Made by a program: the position numbers and the translations under genes. Positions 39,051 through 51,609 of a DNA stretch of 64,000 bases are shown one piece after another (the stretch's first letter is position 1; every line of letters begins with the position of its first letter). The DNA is from Octopus sinensis (taxonomy: Eukaryota). Location of the stretch: contig NC_042998.1 in assembly GCF_006345805.1 (NCBI RefSeq), positions 146,134,001 to 146,198,000 of the forward strand. Direction: 5' to 3'. The notes under the pieces are model-generated. The model was not told the origin of the DNA. It was given only the letters and a program-made list of their open reading frames with translations, and did no database searches.

Positions 39051-42000
39051 AAGTTAGGGGTTCAAAGAGGAGTGTTGGACTTAAAAAATTTTTTTTTTTT
39101 GATGAGATGGCAAAAATGTTGTTTTCTAAAACAAATAATAATAATATACTAAAATAAAACAAAATAAAAACACAATACAGGAAAATGTGGTTTATCAGCT
39201 AATTTGAGTTTTAGTTTTTAGTGTGACCTAACTACAAACATTGTTAATGAATGGAGTAAGGTTATCGCTACAGTTGAATAGCTTCATGTGACTTTTAAAA
39301 TTTCAGCTTTCACACTTGCTTGTTAGCAAATAATGAAATTTTGGAGTTCATCATCAACATCATTGTTTTGACATCCATTTCATGTTTGCAATGGGTCAAG
39401 CAGAACTTGTTGAAGCAGATGTTTCCACGCAAGGTTATATTTCTTTATGGCCAAACATGATTTTCACGGAGGACTGATAGTGAACAACCTCACTTGTATG
39501 ATGGTGCTTATTTACAATCAACATGTAATGTCAAGATAAGGACACACACACACAAATGTGAGTTTCTATCTACCAAATCCATTTGTGACTATAGGAGAAG
39601 ACACCTGCCCACAGTGGGACTGTGAACCCATCGTGTGTTTGTATCTTCTTGTCTTGACATCATGTGATAGTTGTAAATAGGTATTCTTGTCATGCGAGCA
39701 GTGTCCTTCAATTCTAATCTTCCATGAAAACATCTCTGGCCTTAGAGAAATCTATTTTAATAAACTCCATCCAACCCATGCAGGTATGGAAAAGTGGATG
39801 TTGAAATGATTATGATGTTCTCTATAAATGCTTACATTGTGTGTTTCATATGAAAATCACTGGGCCAAGGTTGGTTATATTTTTTGACATTTCCATGTTA
39901 ACAAATTGTCTGGTAGTTCTGTGCTTTCAAAAACAAGTGAAATGAAAACAACCTTACTTGAAAAATAAGTAAATTAGTGACAGAGGCATTCAGCTTTAAA
40001 ACAATGTTCCAATATGTATTCGTTTAACCCAAAAATGGAGAGAAAACAAACTAAATAGGTTGAAGTACTATGGTGTGAATATATTTTGATTACTGTAGTA
40101 TTAATTATAAATCCAGCTGTTGCTCTGTAAAATAAAAGTAAAGAGCTGTTTTTGGTAAAGATTTTATTTCATGGGATATATGCAAAACAGCAAGAATACA
40201 AGCAATAGTATACCCATTCTTAATATGTTCTGGCAGATCCAAATTTAAATATCTGATTGCTGTATTTTTCACCACCAGAGAACACCACTTCTATTTTGAT
40301 GTTTGTCCATAACACACCTAATTCACCAGTGTAAATGAACTTTGAAACACTAGTATTTCAACTGCTTTATGTCTCTCCTCAGTCAAAGCTACCCTGCCAG
40401 ACTGATGAATCTTACAAATGTGCAATCTTTTGTTTATAGAAATTAACCAACAGATTAGTTGCAGATGCATGCTGATGTATGCTAAGCCAATAAAAATTTA
40501 TGGGTGCATGTAGAACAGCAAAAATCCAAACAATAACAATACCTATCCTTATGTTGTAAAAGATTCAAATGTAAATATCTTATCATTGTTGTTGTTTTTG
40601 CATTGTGTATGTCATTGTAGATTGCCTCCTCCCTTTAGATGATGTGTGTTTATTGCAAACATCATTCACCAGTGTAAGGGGTCTCAGAGACAATGCAGTG
40701 TTTTGCAAATATTCACATTTGAATCTGCCAGAACGTTAAGAATGAATAGATATTGTAATGATTTTATTATCTGTTTTCTTTTAACAATTTTTTTCATCCT
40801 ATCAAGGTGGTATGGCTTTCCACAAACTTGGTTAATGACTGAGAAGCAAGGGTTTTACAACTGTTTCTTCTGCTTAGCCTCTTACCTGTGATTATCAGTG
40901 TCATAACATCTATTTTTCCATGCTTGCATGGGTCAGATGGAGTTTCTTGAAACAGATTTTTTCTATGGCTGGATGTCTTTCCTGTGATGTCTAAGTAAAA
41001 TTCAGTTACCAAGTAGTAAGCTTTATTCCTTCTCTATCCAGGTACACAACACAATGGCTGCAGCAAAATTTGAATGTGTGGCCATGTGGTCTCTTGGCCA
41101 ACAACTTAAGTTCACAGCCAGTGTAATTGTGCTAAATACTGGGATTTTTTATTTATATAACAAAATAATAAGTGTAGATTGCTTCCCAACCACATGATTT
41201 CAAGATCAATTCTACCATGTAGCACTTTGAGCAAATTTATTTTGCCAAAGCTTTGTGAATGGACTAGGCAGATGGAAAATTGAAGGAAGCTGATGTGTAT
41301 ATTTAATATATATATAGTAATTTCATTTGGGTGTTAACTCTGGAGTTTACCCTATTAAGCTCTTCCACAAGGCCAGCTATTAGACAGTAATCTGAAGATT
41401 GTTTCTTATATCAAATATATGCCTGAAGGTCCACAAATATCCAGTTTCTATAATTATAACTAAGAAGAATGGGTTAAGCAAGTCTTTATTTCATTGATCT
41501 ACAATTGTTAATTCAAAGATTGATCTCATGAGCACTGCTATATTATGCAGTAATATACGCAACTATTGATACATGAGGTGTCACACAAAATTAAAGATTG
41601 ATTCTGAAGAATCATAAATGAAAATTATTTGCTGTGAACACTTGAGTTCACAATAATATATACCTATATCAAGCTGGAAGTGTTTAAAGGGTTACATTTT
41701 GCAAGCCAAAAAAAAAAAAAATCCTAGTTTGAGTTGACAAGGCAAGAAAAATATTTGAAACCAAAAGCTCTTCCTTTTTCGATTCACCCTTCTTGACTTG
41801 TCAAATAAAACGAAAGCTTGTTTTGTTTGGCTTGCAATACGTAAATGTAACCATTTAAACACACCTAACTTGATATAAATTATTGTTAACTCAAGTGTCC
41901 ACAACAAATAACTTTCATCCATGATTCTGAAGAATTCATCTTTGATTTTTATGTCTTCCCCTCAATGGTTGCATATATTATTGTATAATAAAGCAACGCT

Positions 42001-43893
42001 CGTGAGATTGATTTTTGATGAAACAGTTGTAAATCAATGAGATAGGCTTGCTCACTCCATTCTCCTTCATTATATATATATGTTTGTGCAGGCATTGCTG
42101 TGGTAGGAAGCTTGCTTCCCCACTACATGGTACTGGCTTGGCTTCAGTCCCACTGTGTGGTACCTTGGGCAAGTGTTTTCTACTATAACATCAGGCCAAC
42201 CAAATTCTTGTGAGTGGTTTTGGTAGACAAAAACTGAAAGAAGCCCATCATGTGTGTGTGTGTGTGTATGTGTATATATATATATATATATAATGTGTGT
42301 GTCAATCCACCCACTGTTGCTTGACAACCAATATTGGTGTGTTTACATCCCTGAAACTTAGCAGTTCAGCAAAAGAGACAGGTAGAATAAGTACCAGGCT
42401 TACAAAGAATAAGTCCTGGAGTTGATTTCTTCAACTGAAATAAGTAAACGAAATATATATATTGTCATTTGATGTCACTTTTTCCATGCTGGCATGGCTT
42501 GGACAGTTCAACGTGAACAAACAAGCTACAGAAATGCCCCAAGTTCCAGTGTCTACTTTGGCATGGTTTCTATAGTTATGTGTCCTTTCTAATGCTATCC
42601 TTTTCAGAGTGTATCAAGTGCTTTTTGTGTGTGTGGCATCCGTCTGAAATCAACAAGTACTTGCAAGACAAGACAGTAAGGTATAGTATTGAGGGATAAA
42701 ATCAGGTGTCTTGCTGAAGGGGTAAATGCATGTCTTGCTCATCTGGAAAGAGAGAGAGATGTGGTCATGGTTCAAGGTGAATACTTAAGATAGAGGAGCA
42801 GAAAAAAGCGAATGTATAGGTAAGTGCACTAGAGTGAAAATAGTATGTCGTGATTAGAGATTGTGTTTATAAGTATGTATGCAAAGGTGAAGCTTTGTTA
42901 TAAAACCCAAAGATCCAATGCTGTAAACATTCCAGAGAAATTAAATGATGTTATTATGGTGTTGGTGAAAAGAGTGAACGTTTATTTCTGACTCCTGGGA
43001 AGAGTTTAAAATATCTGTATGGCATTTGCAAAGATGTGGGTTTAGTGGGAAGAAAACATCAAAATCAGTTTAATGAAAATGAGGAAATTCAGATACTATT
43101 AAATGAAAAAGAATGTAGCATTTATGAAAAATCCTTGGTGGAGAACCAGAACTGCATAAGAATGAAACCTTGTACTGGGAGGTGAAACACACCAATGTAA
43201 GGTACAGCATGGGCATCGTGACATATAGGATATTTAGTGGAGGAATAAAGTGGAACAATCTGCATCTAACTCCAACAATACAAAACTTCTGTATAGCTTG
43301 CTGTGAAGTTTAAGGGCCATAATCATCTGTTATTTCTCTGAGTACTGACTTCCAAAGAACTGCTCAGAGACCCCTAAAGATAGTTTTGTCAGGTGGTAAG
43401 AACACTAACAAACTTTTAAATAATCTCAGGTTGATAATGAGCATACTGGCTTGATTTCCCGTATGCCCATAAAAGAACATAAGGTAGAAAGTCCTTCCAT
43501 TCAAGAAGTTGAAAATGTAAAAAAAAGCTAGATGGTGGAAAATTTTCTGGGACAGATGGTCTCTGAGCTGCCATCTTGAAATGTGGAAGTGAAAGCCTGA
43601 TTCAACATCTAAATTAACGCAAAAAGTTTGGATGGAAGGGAATGTCTCAAATGATTGGAAAGATGTTCTCTATAAAGGGAAACAGAACTGTTGAAATGAC
43701 CATAGAATATCTTTCTGTTGTAGGCAAGGTGTTGTGTAGGATCATGCTAGACGGACATCACTGGTAAGGTCCTCCTTAGGTCTCAGTGTAGTTTCAGAAA
43801 TGGCAGGAAAACAGATATCTTTTCTATTAGTACAGGGAAAATGGCATTGGGCAGAAGATGGATCTGTATCAAGTCTGTTTAAGATTTTTAAAT

Positions 43894-46313
43894 TCATCAT
43901 CATCATCATCATTTAACGTCCGTTTTCCGCGCTACCACAGGTTGGATGGTTCGACCGGGGTCTGGGGAGCCAGAGGCTGCTCCAGTCTGATCTGGCAGTG
44001 TTTCTACAGCAGGATGCCCTTCCTAACGCCAACCACTCCGCGAGTGTAGTGGGTGCTTTTTACGTGCCACCTGCACAGGTGCCAGAGGGGTCTGGCACCA
44101 GCCACGATCGGTTGGTGCTTTTTATGTGCCACCGGCACAGAAGCCAGTCGAGGCGGGGCTGGCATTGGCCACGTTCGGATGGTGCTTTTTATGTGCCACC
44201 GGCACAGAAGCCATTCGAGGCGGAGTTGGCATCGGTCACGTTCGGATGGTGCTTTTTATGTGCCACCGGCACAGAAGCCAGTCGAGGTGGCACTGGCAAC
44301 GGCCACGTACGGATGGTGCTTTTTATGGTATCACAACTACTGTTTCCATTGATATTTGGTTTGATGTTCATGTACATGCACTTGACTCAACAGGTCTCCT
44401 CAAGCACAGCGAGATGTTCCGGGATCCAAGGTACTTTGAATGGGCAGGGGCTATGCGGAACTGGTGCCGGAAGCATCCCGGGTTTTAGTAGTCACAGCAC
44501 ATCTCCAGAGATCTCGGTCCTTCACCATTGCCTCAGTGAGGCCCAACGCTCTGAGGTCATGCTTGACTACCTCATCCCATGTCTTCCTGGAGTGACACTT
44601 CTTCACACATCTCTCCTCATCCATCCGCAGTACATGACCATACCATCGCAAGCGTCGCTCTTGCACACCGCATCTGATGCTTCTTATGCCTAGCATTTCT
44701 CTCGGTGCTTACACTCTGTCATGCATTCACACTGACATTACACATCCAGCGGATCATGCTAGCTTCATTTCTTTCAAGTCTACGCATGTCCTCTGCAGTC
44801 ACGGCCCATGTTTCACTGCCGTGAAGCATGGCAGTTCGCACACGTGCATCATACAATCTACCTTTCACTCTGAGTGAGAGACCCTTTGTCGCCAGTAGGG
44901 GTAGGAGCTTTCTAAACTTTGCCCAGGCTATTCGTATTCTAGTGGTGACACTCTCTGAGCATCCACCCCCACTACTAACTTAGTCACCCAGGTAGCAGAA
45001 ACTATCAACTACTTCTAGTTTCTCCCCCTGGAGTGTGATGGAATCTGTTTTCTGAGTATTTGTGGTGTCTATTGACCCTGTGCATCTGCCGCACATGAAA
45101 GCTATCTTATCAGTTAATTTCCCTTTGATGTTGCTGCACCTCTTATGCATCCATAGCTTACACTGGGTGTATCTTATGGAGTTTCTACCTACACCTCGAA
45201 CAGGGCCACCTGCCCGATGGGGTGTGTGCTGAGTTCGCCTTTCTGCATACTATAACTTTGGTCTTCGCTACATTTACTCTAAGCCCCTTTGATTCTAACC
45301 CTTGTTTCCACACCCGAAATTTCTTTTTTAGTTCCTATAGTGATTCTGCTATGAGGGCCAGGTCATCAGCATAGAGGAGCTCCCAGGGGCAACCTGTTTT
45401 GAATTCCTCTGTTATTGCCTGGAGGACTATGATGAATAAAAGGGGACTGAGGGCTGAGCCCTGGTGTACACCTACTTCTACCCGGAATTCTTCACTATAT
45501 TCGTTGCCAATCCTAACCTTGCTGACAGCCTCTCTGTATAGAGCCTGTACAGCCCTTGTTAGCCATTCGTCAATCTCCAGTTTCCGCATCGACCACCAGA
45601 TAAGGGATCGGGGAACCCTGTCAAAGGCTTTCTCCAAGTCCACAAAAGCTATGTAGAGGGGTTTATCTTTAGCTAGGTACTTCTCCTGCAGTTGTCGGAC
45701 CAGGAATATAGCATCAGTGGTGCTTCTACCCGGCACAAAACCGAACTGCATCTCATCTAAGCAAATTCTCTCCCTAATGAGATGGGTTATGACCCTCTCT
45801 GTGACCTTCATCACCTGATCCAACAGTTTAATACCCCTGTAGTTATTTCTGTCTAGAGCATCACCCTTACCCTTGTAGCAGTTGACTATGGTGCTGCTAC
45901 GCCAGTCATTGGGTATGACTCCATTGTGAACTACCTGGTTAACAATACGGGTGACTAGGCCATAGCCCACATAACCAGCTGTTTTAAGCATCTCAGCAGT
46001 GATACCTGATGGGCCGGGGGCTTTACCTGGTTTCATATCCTTAATTGCCTTAACTACAAGGGAGCTGTCTATTTGGATAGCTGGTCCCTCTACTGGGTCA
46101 ACATTTGGCAGGCTCTCCTCCTCCTATTCATTCTCCACATTCAGCAGTCTTTCATAATGGCTTCTCCAAGCCTCTTTCTTTTCACCAACATTAAAAGCAA
46201 GTGCCCCATCATCCATGCGAACACATTTCTCTCCTATAACATCACTATTTTCTCTCACACACTGTCTAGCAATACGAAATACCTCAGTTCTTTGGTCCTC
46301 ATGTCGCTGGACA
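43894..46313 (-). mobile_element. RTE-clade LINE, 5'-truncated, with RT, 3' UTR tandem repeats and (GAT)n tail
   Basis: ORF 45335-46036 has KAPGP, QFGF, FVDLEKAFD, GVHQGSALSP and LYADD; continues to RRLRWYGHVLR; tail aaatgatgatgatg at 43894-43913. Confidence 0.95.
44052..44330. repeat. 67-bp tandem repeat (about 4.2 units) in the RTE 3' UTR
   Basis: Unit starts GGTGCTTTT at 44052, 44114, 44181, 44248 and 44315. Confidence 0.9.
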
Positions 46314-46329
46314 TTGACAAATTGAGAAT

Positions 46330-46900
46330 AGAAATGCTTTGTGGAACATTCTGGGGAAATGTCCTCATTAATTTTGATGGAATAAAAGCATGTGTCAATG
46401 TGGGTGATAAGCTCTTTGATCCAATTTTAGTTGTAAAATGTTAAGCAAGGGGATATACCAGTACCAACTTCGTTTGCATTATACTTTGCTATGACTTTTA
46501 AGGATTATTTACACAGGGTCTACATCAGATATCAAATAAGTGGGATGTTGAATATAGGACTGCTTGGTAGAACAAAGCTGTTGTTTTCATCGCTAATTCA
46601 CAAATTGTTGTATGCTGATGACTGCAATCATGTTGCTCACTGCAGCATCTGTGTCAAATGTGTATGAACAGAAATTGCAGGTTATGGATAAATTTGTTTT
46701 TTAAACTACTAAACATGACAAATATGCTTGAGGATGAAATCTCCCTCCAAATGAAGACAGTGATGCATTTAGAAAATAGGATGTATGTTTATGGTCTCAG
46801 CATGGAATTTCAATTGAGACAAAGTCAAAGGTCTACACTACTTGTATTTTGTTTTCATTGCTATAGACATATGAGAGCTGGATTACTTAGTGGGGACATG
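46330..46900 (-). mobile_element. Highly degenerate mariner-like fragment
   Basis: The - strand reads ..IKELITH.DTC.., resembling the mariner C-terminal GI..L..RW..C; weak. Confidence 0.4.
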
Positions 46901-46985
46901 AAATTTTAACAACAGTGTCTCTACTGTATACCAAATGTCCTGTGTAAGTACATATGTAGATATATACATGTGTATGTATTAACTT

Positions 46986-47042
46986 TTACAAGAAAAAGAT
47001 TGACAGTGACTTCGAAATTTTGGTTTGCTCATCATCATCAGT
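46986..47042 (-). CDS. Candidate terminal exon of an unrecognised membrane-protein gene
   Basis: gtgtcttcattag|ACT GAT GAT GAT GAG...TTG TAA encodes TDDDEQTKISKSLSIFFL*; phase 0 matches the donor ATG|gtattt at 47462. Confidence 0.4.
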   Translation of the reverse strand, partial: TDDDEQTKISKSLSIFFL

Positions 47043-47461
47043 CTAATGAAGACACTTAACTTTTAACTTGTAAAAGTTCAATAAACATACTCTACTAAAA
47101 AGAATTGAGTGATCCTTTTATTTAATATTAGCCCTTTAGCATTTAAACCAGCCATATCCAGCCCCAAATATTCTACTTGTTTAATGTTCAAACTGTCAGA
47201 ACCTGGCATCTTACACCTACCCTACAATGTCATTCTAAAAATATACAATCTCATCATAGAAATCTCAAAGTTGCAGAATAATGCATGATTAATTCAAAAC
47301 AATGCAAATTAGCAAGTATTAAATTTGACACAGTAATCTGAATGCTACAGGGTTAAATTGTTTTTATATATAACTTGACAAAAATAAAGCATAAATATAT
47401 ACATACATATACATTTATGTATGTATATGTAACTGCATTTATAAATTACTTTTATAAATAC

Positions 47462-47758
47462 CATGAAATTGATACCTGATCTTGGGAAACGATAAACATT
47501 ATGTAGCAAGTTGTCTGGAAGCAGACAATGCTGTTCATCTTCTTCTGGCTCATCCAAGAAACATGTAAAAATTCTGTGTTTAAAATATACAGAATAAACA
47601 AGTGTTGCACAAAAGGTCCAAAAACTGCAAACAATTACAAATATAACCAAATACACCCACTTGTATTTGTCATCATAATGATGTATATGTTTACTTGGTG
47701 AAATATTATCTGGGGTATTACTTCTCATGTAACATCATGGAAAATGCATCAACTTAAC
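47462..47758 (-). CDS. Candidate exon encoding a transmembrane helix and acidic cytoplasmic tail
   Basis: MRSNTPDN...KYKWVYLVIFVIVCSFWTFCATLVYSVYFKHR...DEPEEDEQH...RSGINFM. Acceptor catttatag| at 47759; in-frame TGA at 47737-47735 upstream of the ATG at 47728. Confidence 0.5.
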
Positions 47759-48268
47759 CTATAAATGTTTCGTTCACTAGTATCCTCTTTTAATTATGTT
47801 GTATCATATTAGACATATACACACACATGACAAGCTTCTGCACAGTTTCTGTCTGTACCAAATTTCATTCACCAGGCATCGGTTAGGATACATTGTTTTC
47901 TTGGAGAGCTTGTATAGTAGGATCAAACCTGAACATACATGGTTGCAAATTAAAATTCTCAACCATATAACCATTATATATATATATGGAAAAAAAGTCA
48001 AGATAGAAAATGCTAAAATAATTTTATAAAAATCATTTCACTACCAGTTTCAGTCATTGAGACTTTTTCAACTGTAACAATTAAACAATTAAATTTAGAA
48101 AAATTAAAAGAAAAGTTTTTTTAAAAGAATATTTGTACAGTGCTCAAATACAAGTGGCATTTTCCTTGTTTCTGCCTGTCTCTGTCTCTCTTGTGGGTTC
48201 AAGGTCGTTGTGAATTCTTGGTAGGGAAGGGGAAAAAGGAGAAGAATGTGAGAGTGCCATGACAGTAG

Positions 48269-48303
48269 TATGTTGAATGGTCAGCTGCTGACCATTCAAC
48301 ATA
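48269..48303. repeat. Perfect 17-bp inverted repeat with 1-nt spacer
   Basis: TATGTTGAATGGTCAGC-T-GCTGACCATTCAACATA. Confidence 0.9.
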
Positions 48304-48515
48304 TATATATATATATATTATTCTTTTATTTGTTTCGGTCATTTGACTGTAGCCGTGCTAGAGCACCACCTTGAAGGGTTTTACTTGGACAAACCAACCC
48401 CAGGACTTATTCTATTGTCTGCTTTTGCTGAACTGATAAGTTACAGAGATGTAAACACACCCACACTGGTTGTTGAGTGGTGATGGTGGGGACAAACGCA
48501 GACACAAAGACACAG

Positions 48516-48556
<41 letters not shown>

Positions 48557-49110
48557 CACGTCGGGCTTCTTTTCAGTTTCTGTTTACCAAATCCACTCAC
48601 AAGGCTTTGGTCAGCCTGAAGCTATAGTTGAAGATACTTGCCCAGGTGCCACGCAGTGGGACTGAACCTGGAACCAAGCTTCTTACCACACAGCCATGCT
48701 TGTGGGCTGACTCCTCAAACCAAGTAAAATCACAGCCATGGCAGATACCGGTGTCACGTAAATTGGCACATAAAACCACCCTTACACTCTTGGAGTGATT
48801 GGCATTAGGAAGGACATCCAGCCATAGAAAACTATGCCAAATCAGACTGCAGTCAGGTGCAGCGTGCCAGCCCAGTCAAACCGTCAACCCATGCCAGCAT
48901 GGACAACAGACATTAAATGATGATGATATTATATAGGCAATTCAAAATTGAAAAATAACAAAAATCAAAAGGATGTACACATGGAATGTATTAGGTTGAT
49001 AGTCAGTATAAGATGGAAAAAAGAGCAGGATTATAAAGTTTTGAGTATGGCTCTTCATCAGAGAGAGAAGGAAAAAGTCAGAGAAGCACATGTGTGGTTA
49101 CATGGCTCAA

Positions 49111-49385
49111 GTTAGGGTTTAAAGGTTTTGTGTTTGGGGTTAGGGTTTAGGGTTAAGGTTAAGATTTGGACTTAGGTTTAGGATAGGGGTTAGGTTTAGC
49201 TTTATGATTAAGGTTAGGGTTGCAGTTAGCATTTGCATTAAGCTTATGGTTAGGGTTTGGGATTAGAGTTAGGATTTATGGTTTAGGTATTTGAGTTTCG
49301 GGGTTTGGGGTTGGAGTTAGCCTTAGGTTAGTGTTAGGGCTATGGTTCGTGTTTGGACTTTGGGTTTAGGGTAATGGTTAGGGTT
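49111..49385 (+). repeat. Degenerate interstitial telomeric array (TTAGGG)n
   Basis: Eight exact TTAGGG units (49112, 49140, 49147, 49214, 49250, 49334, 49366, 49378) among many one-mismatch variants. Confidence 0.85.
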
Positions 49386-50369
49386 ATATATGCATATACA
49401 TATATAAAGCACTGGTGCTGGTGCCACATAAAATACACCCACTACACTCTGTGGAATAGTTGGTGTTAGGAAGGGCATCCGACTGTAGAAACCATGCCAG
49501 AACCTGATGTGGCCCCTGGCCTTACCAGCTCCAATCAAACTGTCCAGCCCATGCCAGCACCACAATGGACATTAAATGATGACAATGATATATAATTTTT
49601 AATTACAATAAATACAATTTTACAATAAACTGAAGAATTACTCAATACTTTTTGTAGAGTAGTTATACCTTTACAAGTAGAGTGTTGACTGTGACTTTGA
49701 AATTTCAGCCTTCTTGCCTTCATCAGATTGTCTAATAAAGACTAGTAGGCTGAAACCTCGAAGTCCCTGTCAGTACTCTTCTAGTATATATACTGGCACT
49801 CCATCAGTTACAATGAGTATTCCACTTGATTTAATCAAAGTAACAGCCTGCTCAGGAAACTAATAGCAAGTGACCGAGAACTCCATAAACATGCATACTC
49901 TTAATGTAGTTCTCAAAGAGACCTTTAAATTACAGATTCAACTCAATTTTGCCAGCTGAATGGACTAAAGAAGCATGAAATACAGTGTCTTGCTCAAGGA
50001 AACAACACACCACCAAGAATTGAACTCATGACCTTATGATCATAACCCGAATACACTTACCACTAAGCCATGTACCATAATAAATTTACATAATGAAAGT
50101 AATGGACATAAGAAGGAAGCAGACAACAAGGGAGAGATAAGTCTTAATAAATGTGGTATTAAACACTTTAAAAGAGCACCTTGATGTTTCATATACTAGT
50201 CCTTCATTAGATGAAAGAAAATTAAAAGAGGAGACAGAATGAGATAAAGTATTTGGAGGAAGAAAAAATAGATGTGCAAAGGGTTAGAGGCCAGATGATG
50301 AGAACGCTACCAGTAGCACTCAACTGTGACCTGACATAACACACATACACATACATGTATATGTATATA

Positions 50370-51609
50370 TCAGATCATTAAGAATGAAATGTCCAATTTT
50401 TATTTATGCACCAAGTTTGACAGTCGTTAACTCTAATGTTTCATGCTGATAATTCTTTGTTTTACAACATTGAAGAGTTACATCATCACTTTTCGCAATG
50501 CGATTTATGGTGTCTGATTATATTGTAAGTTTTGTCAATTAATTTTTGTGAACCCAAAATTCCTGTTGTTCATGAATATGAGTTTCGTCATGGAATCAAT
50601 GCATCCCAGACAGCTTGAAACATCAATGAGGTGGTTGGTGAAGATGTGACGAATGAACTAACTATACGTCAATGGTTTGAAAGTTCCGGTCTGGTGATTT
50701 TACACTTGAAAATCAGCCCCATGGTAGACCGGAGACCAAGGTGGATAATGATGAGCTGGAAACTGTAATGGAAGCAGATACATCTCAAACTATGTGTGAG
50801 TTAGCAGCAAGGTTTGATGTTTTGATTCCATCTGTATTGGACCATCTGAAACAAATCAGTAAAGTAAAGAAGCTGGACATGTGGGTACCACGCAAACTGG
50901 ACAAGCATCAAATGACACGTCATCTTGAAATTTGCTGTTCTTTAACTGTCACATCATAAAAGCAAACCATTTTTGCATCGTATTGTTATTTGTGATGAAA
51001 AATGGATTCTTTTCAATAATAGCAAAAAAAAATATTCACCAAAAATGCTAATGGTGTCTGTTTGGTGGTCCAGTGCTGGTGACGTCCATTACAGGTTCAT
51101 GAGATCTGGTAAGTCAATTACAGCAGATGTATACATCAACCAAATGAATGAAATGATGAGAGAACTTGCAATTAAGAAACTGAGATTGGTCTATAGAGAC
51201 AGGCCAATTCTCTTGCAAGACAATACTTGACCACATTACACAAAGAACACTACTCAAATTACAGGAACTGAACTTGGAAGCATTCAGTCATCCACCATAT
51301 TCACTAGACCTTGCACCAACCAACTATCACATTTTCCAGGCATTAGACAACCTTTTGCAAGGAAAAAACTTCAAATCTGAAGAAAATGCAAAATCAACCT
51401 TTTGTAATTTCATCACCCCTTGCTCTCCAGAATTCTTCGCTGCTGGAATAAATAAGCTACCAATAAAATGGCAAAATAATGTTGATAATTTAGGTGCTTC
51501 CAGTTTTGATTTAGCATGGTTTCTACAGCTTGATGCCCTTCCTTTTTGTTGAGATAAAGTAAAATAAACTTTCAGTTCAAAATCAGTCATTTCATTCATA
51601 ATAACCTGA
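50370..51609 (+). mobile_element. Degenerate mariner transposon, 1240 bp
   Basis: TA-flanked ~31-bp TIRs TCAG(A/G)T(C/T)ATTA(A/T)GAATGAAATG; transposase remnants IVICDEKWI, MLMVSVWWS, LLQDN and PYSLDLAPTNYH. Confidence 0.92.

Noticed and set aside
44052-44330. CRISPR-like array
   Set aside because: The whole 67-bp unit repeats with no unique spacers, the context is a eukaryotic LINE 3' UTR, and no cas genes are present.
48047-48073. 27-nt - strand micro-exon (EKVSMTET) after a strong acceptor
   Set aside because: The donor is weak, the phase does not connect to the upstream candidate exons, and it overlaps a motif resembling a SINE tail.
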